From contig CAZTIZ010000001.1 of assembly GCA_964613845.1 (NCBI GenBank), forward strand, positions 17,665 to 81,664: DNA of 64,000 nt, in the 5' to 3' direction. The notes under the pieces were generated by a model. It worked only from the letters and a program-made list of their open reading frames with translations. It was not told the origin of the DNA and did no database searches. The stretch's first letter is position 1, and each line of letters starts with the position of its first letter. This stretch comes from an uncultured Corynebacterium sp. Lineage in GTDB: Bacteria; Actinomycetota; Actinomycetes; Mycobacteriales; Mycobacteriaceae. Position numbers and translations under genes: made by a program. Shown here in pieces: positions 52,353-60,416 of the stretch.

Positions 52353-53558
52353 ATGACCGTCAATCACATCCGTACCACCCACGTCGGTTCCCTACCGCGC
52401 ACCCCGGAGCTGCTGGAGGCCAACCTCAAGCGCGCCAACGGGGAGATCGCCGATGAGCAGTTCTTCGAGATCCTGCAGCGCTCCGTCGACGAGGTCGTCC
52501 AGCGACAGGTCGACATGGGCATCGACATCCTCAACGAGGGCGAGTACGGCCACATCACCTCCGGCGCCATCGACTACGGCGCCTGGTGGAACTACTCCTT
52601 CACCCGCCTCGGCGGGCTGACCATGACCGACGAGGACCGCTGGGCCTCCCAGGACGTCGTGCGTTCCACCCCGGGCAACGTCCAGCTGACCTCCTTCGCG
52701 GACCGTCGCGACCGGCAGCTCTTCGCCGAGGCCTACAACGATCCGGAATCCGGCATCTTCACCGGCCGCGCCAAGGTCGGCAACCCGAAGTTCACCGGCC
52801 CGGTCACCTACATCGGCCAGCAGGAGGTCGAGACCGACGCGCAGCTGCTGCGTCAGGCCATGGACAAGGCCGGCGCCAAGGACGCCTTCGTCGCCGCCCT
52901 CTCCCCGGGTTCCGCAGCCCGCCTGAAGAACGAGTACTACGGTTCCGATGAGGAGCTCGTGCAGGCCTGCGCCGGGGCCATGGCTCAGGAGTACAGGGCC
53001 ATCACCGACGCCGGCTTCACTGTCCAGATCGATGCCCCGGATCTGGCTGAGTCCTGGGACCAGATCAACCCGGAGCCTTCCCTGGAGGACTACCGAAACT
53101 GGCTGCGCGTGCGTGTCGACGCCATCAATGATTCCCTCAGGGGCCTGCCGAAGGAGCAGACCCGTCTGCACATCTGCTGGGGTTCCTGGCACGGTCCGCA
53201 CTCCACCGACGTGCCCTTCGGCGACATCATCGAGGAGATCCTGCGCACCGAGGTCGGCGGCTTCTCCTTCGAGGGTGCCTCCCCGCGTCACGCCCATGAG
53301 TGGCGGGTCTGGCAGGAGCACACGCTGCCGGAGGGCTCCCTCATCTACCCGGGCGTGATCTCCCACGCCACCAACGCCGTGGAGCACCCGCGTCTGGTCG
53401 CCGACCGGATCATCCGCTTCGCCGAGGTCGTCGGCCCGGAGAACGTGGTCGCCTCCACCGACTGTGGTCTTGGTGGCCGTCTGCACCACCAGATCGCCTG
53501 GGCGAAGCTGGAGTCCCTGGTCGAGGGCGCCCGCATCGCCTCCGCGGAGCTCTTCTAG
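52353..53558 (+). CDS. cobalamin-independent methionine synthase II (MetE C-terminal-like) family protein
   Basis: IRTTHVGSLPRTPEL... has the UROD/MetE-like fold signature. HICWG... and a His/Cys/Glu zinc-ligand pattern near the C-terminus (STDCGLG). Confidence 0.8.
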   Translation: MTVNHIRTTHVGSLPRTPELLEANLKRANGEIADEQFFEILQRSVDEVVQRQVDMGIDILNEGEYGHITSGAIDYGAWWNYSFTRLGGLTMTDEDRWASQDVVRSTPGNVQLTSFADRRDRQLFAEAYNDPESGIFTGRAKVGNPKFTGPVTYIGQQEVETDAQLLRQAMDKAGAKDAFVAALSPGSAARLKNEYYGSDEELVQACAGAMAQEYRAITDAGFTVQIDAPDLAESWDQINPEPSLEDYRNWLRVRVDAINDSLRGLPKEQTRLHICWGSWHGPHSTDVPFGDIIEEILRTEVGGFSFEGASPRHAHEWRVWQEHTLPEGSLIYPGVISHATNAVEHPRLVADRIIRFAEVVGPENVVASTDCGLGGRLHHQIAWAKLESLVEGARIASAELF

Positions 53559-53647
53559 GGTCTGCCTACGGGGGTACTCGGCTGAACCCGGTACGAAGCC
53601 GTACTCGTCGTAGGTGCGGGTGGGGGAGCGGACTACACTTGGACGAC

Positions 53648-54955
53648 ATGAGTGAGACACGATCCGATTCCCCCGCCCGCACCACCTTTGAACCGGTCCG
53701 TGCATCGGACATTCAGTTGGCGCAGGCGAGGATCTCCTCTGTGATCGCCCCCACTCCGCTGCAGTACTGCCCCCGCCTCTCGGAGGAGACCGGCACGGAG
53801 GTCTACCTCAAGCGGGAGGACCTCCAGGACGTCCGCTCCTACAAGATCCGGGGCGCCTACTACGCCATCTGTTCTCTCAGCGAGGAGGAGCGGGCCGCGG
53901 GAATCGTCGCCGCTTCGGCCGGCAACCACGCGCAGGGTGTCGCCTACGCCTGCCGCACCATGGGCATCCCGGGACGGATCTTCGTCCCCTCCCGGACCCC
54001 GAAGCAGAAGCGTGACCGCATCAGGGTCCACGGTGGCGACATGGTTGAGCTCGTTGTCACCGGCAGCAACTTCGATGAGGCCGCCGCCGCCGCGCGTGCC
54101 GACGCAGCCGAGCGCGGCGCCACCGTCGTCGAGCCCTTCGATGCCCGGGATACCATCATCGGTCAGGGCACCGTCGCCGCCGAGATCCTGTCCCAGCTCA
54201 CCACGCTGGGCAAGTCCCTGGACACTGTCTTCGTGCCCGTGGGTGGCGGCGGCCTACTCTCCGGGGTGGCCAGCTACCTGGCGGACATGGCACCTCGCAC
54301 CGCGATCGTCGGGGTGGAGCCGACCGGTGCCGCCTCCCTGCAGGCCGCCATCGCCCACCACGGCCCGGTGACCCTGGACGAGGTGGATCCCTTCGTGGAC
54401 GGGGCCTCCGTCAAGCGCACCGGCGAGATCAACTACGGGATCATCGAGCGTAACCTGGGTCGACTGCACCTCATGGACGTCTCCGAGGGTGCTGTGTGCA
54501 CCGAGATGCTGGAGCTCTACCAGAACGAGGGCATCATCGCCGAGCCCGCCGGAGCACTGTCGGTCACCGGTCTGCAGGAGATGAACCTGGCAGCCGGCTC
54601 GGTCGTCGTGTGCATCATCTCCGGCGGCAACAACGACGTCCTGCGCTACGCCGAGATCATGGAACGCTCACTGGTCCACCGCGGCATCAAGCACTACTTC
54701 CTGGTCAACTTCCCGCAGGAGCCGGGTCAGCTCCGTCACTTCCTCAACGACGTCCTCGGCCCCGATGACGACATCACCTACTTCGAGTACCTCAAGCGCA
54801 ACAACCGGGAGACCGGAACCGCCATGGTGGGGCTGGAACTCGGTCGCGCCAGTGACCTTAACCCGCTGCTGGACCGCATGGAGGAATCCAGGATCGATTG
54901 CCGGCACCTGCGGCCGGGCACCCCGGAATACGATTATCTGGTGGCCGGGATGTAG
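53648..54955 (+). CDS. ilvA: threonine ammonia-lyase (biosynthetic, with a C-terminal ACT-like regulatory domain)
   Basis: LKREDLQDVRSYKIRGA (PLP lysine) and SAGNHAQGVA motifs. ATG 53648 is chosen; the track ORF start at 53300 overlaps the previous gene. Confidence 0.92.
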   Translation: MSETRSDSPARTTFEPVRASDIQLAQARISSVIAPTPLQYCPRLSEETGTEVYLKREDLQDVRSYKIRGAYYAICSLSEEERAAGIVAASAGNHAQGVAYACRTMGIPGRIFVPSRTPKQKRDRIRVHGGDMVELVVTGSNFDEAAAAARADAAERGATVVEPFDARDTIIGQGTVAAEILSQLTTLGKSLDTVFVPVGGGGLLSGVASYLADMAPRTAIVGVEPTGAASLQAAIAHHGPVTLDEVDPFVDGASVKRTGEINYGIIERNLGRLHLMDVSEGAVCTEMLELYQNEGIIAEPAGALSVTGLQEMNLAAGSVVVCIISGGNNDVLRYAEIMERSLVHRGIKHYFLVNFPQEPGQLRHFLNDVLGPDDDITYFEYLKRNNRETGTAMVGLELGRASDLNPLLDRMEESRIDCRHLRPGTPEYDYLVAGM

Positions 54956-54979
54956 GTGGGCAGGTGCGCGGCCGCACAC

Positions 54980-56713
54980 TCACCGCCGCCGGATCAGGGC
55001 GAACTCCCAGGCGCCGAGTGAGGTTTCCGTCGTGCCGACGGTGGGCGTCGAGAAGCTGTAGATCAGTTCCCCGCCGTAGGGGGCGGTGGCCGGGGAGCCG
55101 GAGAGGTTGGCCACCAGCATCACGTCCTCGTGTCCCATCGCCAGCCAGCGATCCTCCTCGGAGCCGGTCTCCACGATCAGACGTGACAGGTCCGGACGTG
55201 CCAGACCGAGTTCCCGGCGCAGCCGCAGGAGCGTGCGATAGGCCGTCAGGATCTTCTCCTGCTCTCCGTCGAGCTCCCAATCGAGTCGGGAGGCCTCGAA
55301 GGTGGCGGGATCTGCGGGGTCAGGCACCTCATCGTGGTTCCAGCCGGCGCGGGAGAACTCTCGGGCGCGCCCCTCGGCGGTGAGCCGGTTGAGTTCCCCG
55401 TCGGTGTGGGACACGAAGAACGCGAAGGGGGTCCTCGCTCCGAATTCTTCGCCCATGAACAGCATGGGGGTGTACGGCGATGAGTAGATCACCGCGGCCT
55501 TGAGTACCTGCTGGGCCGGGCTGAGGGTCATCGAGGGGCGGTCGCCGCGCGCACGGTTGCCCACCTGATCGTGGGTGGTGGTGTAAGTGACCAGCCGGTG
55601 GGCGGGGATGGCACGGGTGTCCAGGGGGCGGCCGTGGCTGCGTCCCCGGTAGCTGGAGTAGCCGCCGGTGAAGTAGTACGCCTCACGCAGGGTCTTCGCC
55701 AGCGCAGCCATGGAACCGAAGTCCTCGTAGTAGGCGTGGTTCTCCCCCGAGACCAGGGTGTGCAGGGCGTGGTGGATGTCGTCGACCCACTGGCCGGCCA
55801 GGCCGTAACCCCCGGCCTGGGCGTCGGTGATCACGCGGGCGTCGTTCATGTCGGATTCCGCGATGATGCTGCGCGGCACCCCGGTGCGGGCGGTGACGTC
55901 GTCGGCGATCTCCTGGATCTGCTCCATGAGCGAGTGAGCGCCGCGGTCGTCGTAGGCGTGGACGGCATCCAGTCGTAGCCCGTCGATGTGGAACTGCTCG
56001 AACCACAGGCGCACGGAGTCGAGGATATAGGCGCGCACCTCATCGGAGTTCTCCCCGGAGATGTTCACCACATCACCCCAACCGGTGTTGCCCTCCACGG
56101 TGTAGGGGCCGAACATGCCGTTGTAGTTGCCGTCGGGGCCGAAGTGGTTGTAGACCACGTCGAGGTAGACGGCCAGGCCAGCGTTGTGGGCGGCGTCGAT
56201 GAGCCGCTTGAGGCCCCCGGGCCCGCCATAGGAGTGCTGGACGGCGTGCCACTCGACGCCGTCGTAGCCCCAGTTACGCTCGCCGCCGAAGGGTTGAACC
56301 GGCATCAGCTCGATGGCGGTGACTCCCAGATCGCGCAGGTGGTCGAGCTTCCCGACCACCCCGTCGAAGGTCCCGGCCGGGGTGAAGGTGCCGACGTGGA
56401 GTTCGTAGATGACCTGGCCGGGTAGATCCCGGCCGGTCCAGGCCCGGTCGGTCCAGCCGAAGTGGGGGTCGGTGACCTCGGACAGGCCGTGGGGGCCGTC
56501 CGGCTGGGAGGTGGTACGGGGATCCGGCAGGATCTTCGACCACTCCTCACCACCCGAGAGGCTGAAGCCGTAGCGCTGGCCGGGGCGGCGGGTCGGGTCG
56601 GCGACCCACCAGTCGCCCCCGGTGCGGCGCATGGGGTGGATCTCACCGTCGAGGTGGAGGCGGACGTGCCGGGCGTGCGGGGCCCAGACTGTGAAGGGCT
56701 GTTCGGCGCTCAT
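54980..56713 (-). CDS. treZ: malto-oligosyltrehalose trehalohydrolase
   Basis: GH13 motifs GVTAIELMPV, GLRLDAVH and YLDVVYNHFGP, with a TreZ-type N-terminal domain. Confidence 0.9.
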   Translation of the reverse strand: MSAEQPFTVWAPHARHVRLHLDGEIHPMRRTGGDWWVADPTRRPGQRYGFSLSGGEEWSKILPDPRTTSQPDGPHGLSEVTDPHFGWTDRAWTGRDLPGQVIYELHVGTFTPAGTFDGVVGKLDHLRDLGVTAIELMPVQPFGGERNWGYDGVEWHAVQHSYGGPGGLKRLIDAAHNAGLAVYLDVVYNHFGPDGNYNGMFGPYTVEGNTGWGDVVNISGENSDEVRAYILDSVRLWFEQFHIDGLRLDAVHAYDDRGAHSLMEQIQEIADDVTARTGVPRSIIAESDMNDARVITDAQAGGYGLAGQWVDDIHHALHTLVSGENHAYYEDFGSMAALAKTLREAYYFTGGYSSYRGRSHGRPLDTRAIPAHRLVTYTTTHDQVGNRARGDRPSMTLSPAQQVLKAAVIYSSPYTPMLFMGEEFGARTPFAFFVSHTDGELNRLTAEGRAREFSRAGWNHDEVPDPADPATFEASRLDWELDGEQEKILTAYRTLLRLRRELGLARPDLSRLIVETGSEEDRWLAMGHEDVMLVANLSGSPATAPYGGELIYSFSTPTVGTTETSLGAWEFALIRRR

Positions 56714-56764
56714 GCGACCAGGCTAGGTAATCCGGTGGCCGCCCGCCAGGTAAGATGCCGGGGC

Positions 56765-57406
56765 ATGTACCGCCTGCCTGCCCCCGACCGGACCTGGACG
56801 CACGAGTGGGAGATCAAGCGGTCGAAGTTCATCACCCTGATCAGTCGGGTGCGCTCCGAGGACGAGGCCCGCGACTTCATCCACGAGGTCCGGGCGGACT
56901 ACCCGGATGCCCGCCACCACTGCAGTGCCTTCATCCTCCACGTCGACGGGGCGAACCCGATCGAGCGTTCCTCGGATGACGGGGAGCCCTCCGGCACGGC
57001 CGGAAAACCGATGCTGGAGCAGCTCAAGGGGTCGGGCATGCTCGACCTCGCCGCGGTGGTGGTCCGTTATTTCGGTGGCATCAAGCTCGGCGCCGGGGGG
57101 CTGGTGCACGCCTACTCCAACTCCGTGGGTGAGGCGCTGCCCCTGGTGGGACAGGTCACCCGGTCGGTCCGGGAGCTCTACACCGTGGAGTTCGCCCACG
57201 CGGAGGCCGGGCGGCTGGAGTCCGAGCTGCGGGCCCGGGGCGTCGAGGTCACCGATGTGGTCTACGGGGCCACGGTCACCTACACCCTGGCCGTGGACCC
57301 GGGCGGGCGGGCGGAGCTGGAGGCGATGCTCGCATCCCTGACCTCGGGTTCCGCCAGCCTGGCGGAGGCGGGGCAGGCATGGGTGGAGTCGCCCGCGGCG
57401 GGCTGA
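56765..57406 (+). CDS. yigZ: YigZ / IMPACT family protein
   Basis: EIKRSKFI......E.A..F......YPDARHHCSAF......ERSSDDGEPSGTAGKPML is the UPF0029 signature. ATG 56765 is chosen. Confidence 0.85.
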   Translation: MYRLPAPDRTWTHEWEIKRSKFITLISRVRSEDEARDFIHEVRADYPDARHHCSAFILHVDGANPIERSSDDGEPSGTAGKPMLEQLKGSGMLDLAAVVVRYFGGIKLGAGGLVHAYSNSVGEALPLVGQVTRSVRELYTVEFAHAEAGRLESELRARGVEVTDVVYGATVTYTLAVDPGGRAELEAMLASLTSGSASLAEAGQAWVESPAAG

Positions 57407-57441
57407 CCGGCAGGTGGGGCCCATCCACTAGTATTGTCCCC

Positions 57442-57681
57442 ATGACGATGCAGCCCCGCCCCCGTAACCCCATCGAAGCCCGCAAGCAGGCCGTGCGACG
57501 GTACTCCCGGAACACCGTCATCAGCGTCGGTGGCGGTGTCGTCGGCGGCGTGGCCCTCGCCCTGCTCTTCTCCAGCTCCTTCTGGCTCTTCCTCGGGCTG
57601 ACGGTCGCCGTGGTCGGTGGTGCCCACAACTGGCGGCAGATCCAGAAGACCGTCAACAAGGGGGGCGGGCACGGAGCGTGA
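57442..57681 (+). CDS. small two-TM membrane protein (hypothetical)
   Basis: 79 codons with two Gly/Val-rich hydrophobic helices. Its stop overlaps the GTG of the next gene (GTGA). The start is uncertain. Confidence 0.4.
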   Translation: MTMQPRPRNPIEARKQAVRRYSRNTVISVGGGVVGGVALALLFSSSFWLFLGLTVAVVGGAHNWRQIQKTVNKGGGHGA

Positions 57682-58058
57682 CGGTCCCGGACGGCAACCC
57701 CGTCCGCATCGACGTCTGGGTGTGGGCGATCCGTATGTTCAAGACGCGTGGCGACGCCGCCGAGGCCGTGCGTGCAGGCCACGTCAAACTCAACGGCAGG
57801 GCGGTGAAACCCGCCCAGCAGGTCGTGCCCGGTGACCGGGTACGGGTGTGGCGCGATCACCGCGAGTTCGACCTGGAGGTGCTGGCCACCGTGCGTAAAC
57901 GCGTCGGTGCGCCGGTGGCGCGCACCTGCTACACGGATCACTCCCCGCCGCCTCCGCCGAAGGAGATCAGGGCCTCCCAGCCGCAACGCGACCGGGGGGC
58001 GGGGCGCCCCACCAAACGGGAACGCCGTCAGCTCGACGAGCTACGGGGCCACCGCTAG
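57678..58058 (+). CDS. S4-domain RNA-binding protein (Hsp15-like)
   Basis: VRIDVWVWAIRMFKTRGDAAEAVRAGHVKLNGRAVKPAQQVVPGDRVRV is an S4 alpha-L motif. The C-terminus is basic. Confidence 0.8.
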   Translation: MTVPDGNPVRIDVWVWAIRMFKTRGDAAEAVRAGHVKLNGRAVKPAQQVVPGDRVRVWRDHREFDLEVLATVRKRVGAPVARTCYTDHSPPPPPKEIRASQPQRDRGAGRPTKRERRQLDELRGHR

Positions 58059-59104
58059 TCCTGCCCGAGGATACGGCGTACCCGCGGGATGACCTCCTCG
58101 CCGTAGAGCCGGATGGTGTCCATCGCGTGTTCGTGGGGCACCGGCCCGTTGGAGTACTTGAGGGTGAAGCGGTCCAGGTCCAGGGCGGCGACGGTGTCGG
58201 CGATCTTGGTGGCCACCGTGTCCGGGGAACCGACGTGGAGGGCGCCGTGGTTGATCTCCCGGGTGAACTGCTCCCTGGTCGGCGGCGGCCAGCCCCGCTC
58301 TGCGCCGATCCGCCGGTGGGCGGCCATCCAGTGGGGGAAGAGTCGTTCCTGAGCCTCCTCGTCGGTCTCCGCGATGAGGCCGGGGGAGTGCACGCCGATG
58401 GGCAGCTGCGGCTGCCCGAGTTCGTCGTTGGCACGCCGGTACAGGTCCACGAACGGTCGGAAGCGACGGGCCGCCCCACCGATGATGGCGAGCATGAGCG
58501 GCATGCGGTGACGGGCCGCGCGCACCACCGATTCGGGGGAGCCGCCGACGGCGACCCAGGCCCGCAGTTCCTGCTCGGTGGGTGGAAAGAGCCGCTGGTC
58601 GGCCAGCTCTGCGCGGATGGTGCCGGCCCAGGTCACTGACTCATCCGCGGCGTCGGCGGTGAGGATGGCGCGCATGAGGTCGAGTTTCTCCTCAAAGAGC
58701 ACCTCGTAGTCCTGTAGGTCGTAGCCGAAGAGCGGGAAGGACTCGATGAAGGAGCCGCGGCCGAGGGTGAGTTCGGTGCGGCCGTTGGAGATCGCCTGCA
58801 GGGTGGCGAACCGTTCGAAGAGCCGGACAGGGTCCTCCGAGGACAGCACGGTGACGGAGGTGGTGAGCCGGATGTCGCGGGTCTGTGCGGCAACGGCGGT
58901 GAGCACGATGTCGGGGGCGGAGACCGCGTAGTCGTCGCGGTGGTGTTCACCGACACCGAAGACGTCGACTCCGACGGCGTCGGCCAGCACGCCTTCTGCG
59001 ACGACGTTGCGGATCACCTGGGCGTGGGTGAGGGGATGGTTATCCAGGGCGTGGGTGAGGTCGCCGAAGGTGTCGAGTCCGAACTGGATGGGTGGGGTGG
59101 TCAT
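58055..59104 (-). CDS. LLM-class (luciferase-like) flavin-dependent oxidoreductase
   Basis: FGLDTFGD...GVDVFGVGEHH...RLTTSV has the typical LLM TIM-barrel N-terminus. 349 aa. Confidence 0.8.
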   Translation of the reverse strand: MTTPPIQFGLDTFGDLTHALDNHPLTHAQVIRNVVAEGVLADAVGVDVFGVGEHHRDDYAVSAPDIVLTAVAAQTRDIRLTTSVTVLSSEDPVRLFERFATLQAISNGRTELTLGRGSFIESFPLFGYDLQDYEVLFEEKLDLMRAILTADAADESVTWAGTIRAELADQRLFPPTEQELRAWVAVGGSPESVVRAARHRMPLMLAIIGGAARRFRPFVDLYRRANDELGQPQLPIGVHSPGLIAETDEEAQERLFPHWMAAHRRIGAERGWPPPTREQFTREINHGALHVGSPDTVATKIADTVAALDLDRFTLKYSNGPVPHEHAMDTIRLYGEEVIPRVRRILGQD

Positions 59105-59150
59105 GTGGGGTTCCTGTTCCTGGTTGCGGGGTCCATTGATGAGGATACGT

Positions 59151-59195
59151 CAACAAAGAAAGGCGCCGCCACGGGTGGATTCCCGTGACGGCGCC
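59151..59195 (-). terminator. rho-independent terminator (minus strand) after the small ORF / alarmone synthetase unit
   Basis: The stem pairs 59162-59175 with 59182-59195 (13 bp, one mismatch, loop TGGATT). On the minus strand it is followed by TTTCTTTGTTG. Confidence 0.75.
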
Positions 59196-59218
59196 GTGCA
59201 GGTGGCTTCAGGCCATGA

Positions 59219-59347
59219 TCAGAACAGACCCCAGTCCGGCGGAGGGAAGTCGATTCCCATGGGTCGGAAGAAGTCAGCGATGCTCAGGGCCCAGACGTGG
59301 ATGGCGTCAGCAGCCTGCGGGAAGTCCTCGCGGATGGAGAAGCTCAT
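59219..59347 (-). CDS. unlisted 42-codon ORF (MSFSIREDFPQAADAIHVWALSIADFFRPMGIDFPPPDWGLF)
   Basis: ATG preceded by GGAG (ggagtgatcATG). Third positions are strongly G/C-biased, like the surrounding genes. It is followed by the terminator at 59151-59195. It falls below the 60-aa cutoff of the ORF track. Confidence 0.45.
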   Translation of the reverse strand: MSFSIREDFPQAADAIHVWALSIADFFRPMGIDFPPPDWGLF

Positions 59348-59392
59348 GATCACTCCTCGGTGTGTGTCGGTGGGGGAGGGACGGTCTTCACT

Positions 59393-60409
59393 CTACGCCC
59401 CGTGGTTCGGAGGTCCGGCGATATGGGCGGCACGCATGAGGGCGAGCCGGGAGGCCAGGCGTTGGGGGCGCTGTCGGGACCGGGCGCCACTTTTTCCGGT
59501 GCGGTCGATATGCGCCTGACCGAAGCGACGCAACAGCAGGTCATCGATGATCCTGACCTGTCCTGGTCGGAAGCGGTAGTCCATGGCCCTGTGCACGGCG
59601 TCGATGTCGGCGTCGTCGAGCAGTTCCGCCAGTTCCCCCACGGTGGTGATGCCGTTGGCGCTGAGCAGCTCCTCCAGCCAGCGGTAGTGCTCCGAGCGGG
59701 ACCGGGGGAAGCGGTTGCCCACCAGCACGGAGAGCACCCCCGGTAGGGTCTCGGCGCTGAGCTCCACGTTGTCCATCGTGGAACCGGACACGTGCTTGAG
59801 CGCGGCGATCTGGTCGAACTGCTGGTCCGCCAGTTCGATCAGGCCGGCGGCCAGAGTGAAGGCGCGGTCGACCTGCGGGTCCATCTCATCGGAGCCGCGC
59901 TTATAACGGATATCGTGCTCGAACTCGGCCCAGGCGTGCTGAAGCACCGTGCGGACCTGCACCTCGAAGGTGATCCCCTGGTACTGTGCGAGGTCGTCGT
60001 CGTTGGCGGACACCTGCAGCACCAGGTGGTGGGAGCCGTAGCCGAAACCACCGGAGATGCGGGTCTCGGCGGTCTTGTCCACGGAACGCAGCACCGTGAA
60101 CGATTCCCGTAGTACCGCGATGGCCGCCGGGATCTCGGTGGAGTGGAAGGTGCTCACACGCACGCCGATGAGGTCGTGGACGTCGATCCACGGATCCGGA
60201 TACATCCAGGACCCGTCCTCCTTCCGCTTTCGTGCCTTGGCCTTCAGCGACGGCCAGTCCTTCACCCGGGCGCTGACCCGGTCGAAGGTGACGCCGGCGT
60301 CGGTCAGCAGGTCCTCCACGGCGTGCTCGAAATCCTCCGCGGCATCCGGGTGCGCGCGGATCCACTCGTGGTAGGCGGTGCCCAGGCGGGCCATACGGTT
60401 GTCTGACAT
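59393..60409 (-). CDS. RelA/SpoT-domain small alarmone synthetase (RelS-like) with a C-terminal extension
   Basis: (p)ppGpp synthetase fold motifs RVKDWPSLKAKARKR, DLIGVRV, GYGSHHLV and EVQVRTVLQHAWAEFEHDIRYK. ATG 60409 lies 8 nt after the treY stop. Confidence 0.85.
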   Translation of the reverse strand: MSDNRMARLGTAYHEWIRAHPDAAEDFEHAVEDLLTDAGVTFDRVSARVKDWPSLKAKARKRKEDGSWMYPDPWIDVHDLIGVRVSTFHSTEIPAAIAVLRESFTVLRSVDKTAETRISGGFGYGSHHLVLQVSANDDDLAQYQGITFEVQVRTVLQHAWAEFEHDIRYKRGSDEMDPQVDRAFTLAAGLIELADQQFDQIAALKHVSGSTMDNVELSAETLPGVLSVLVGNRFPRSRSEHYRWLEELLSANGITTVGELAELLDDADIDAVHRAMDYRFRPGQVRIIDDLLLRRFGQAHIDRTGKSGARSRQRPQRLASRLALMRAAHIAGPPNHGA

Positions 60410-60416
60410 GTCCCGT

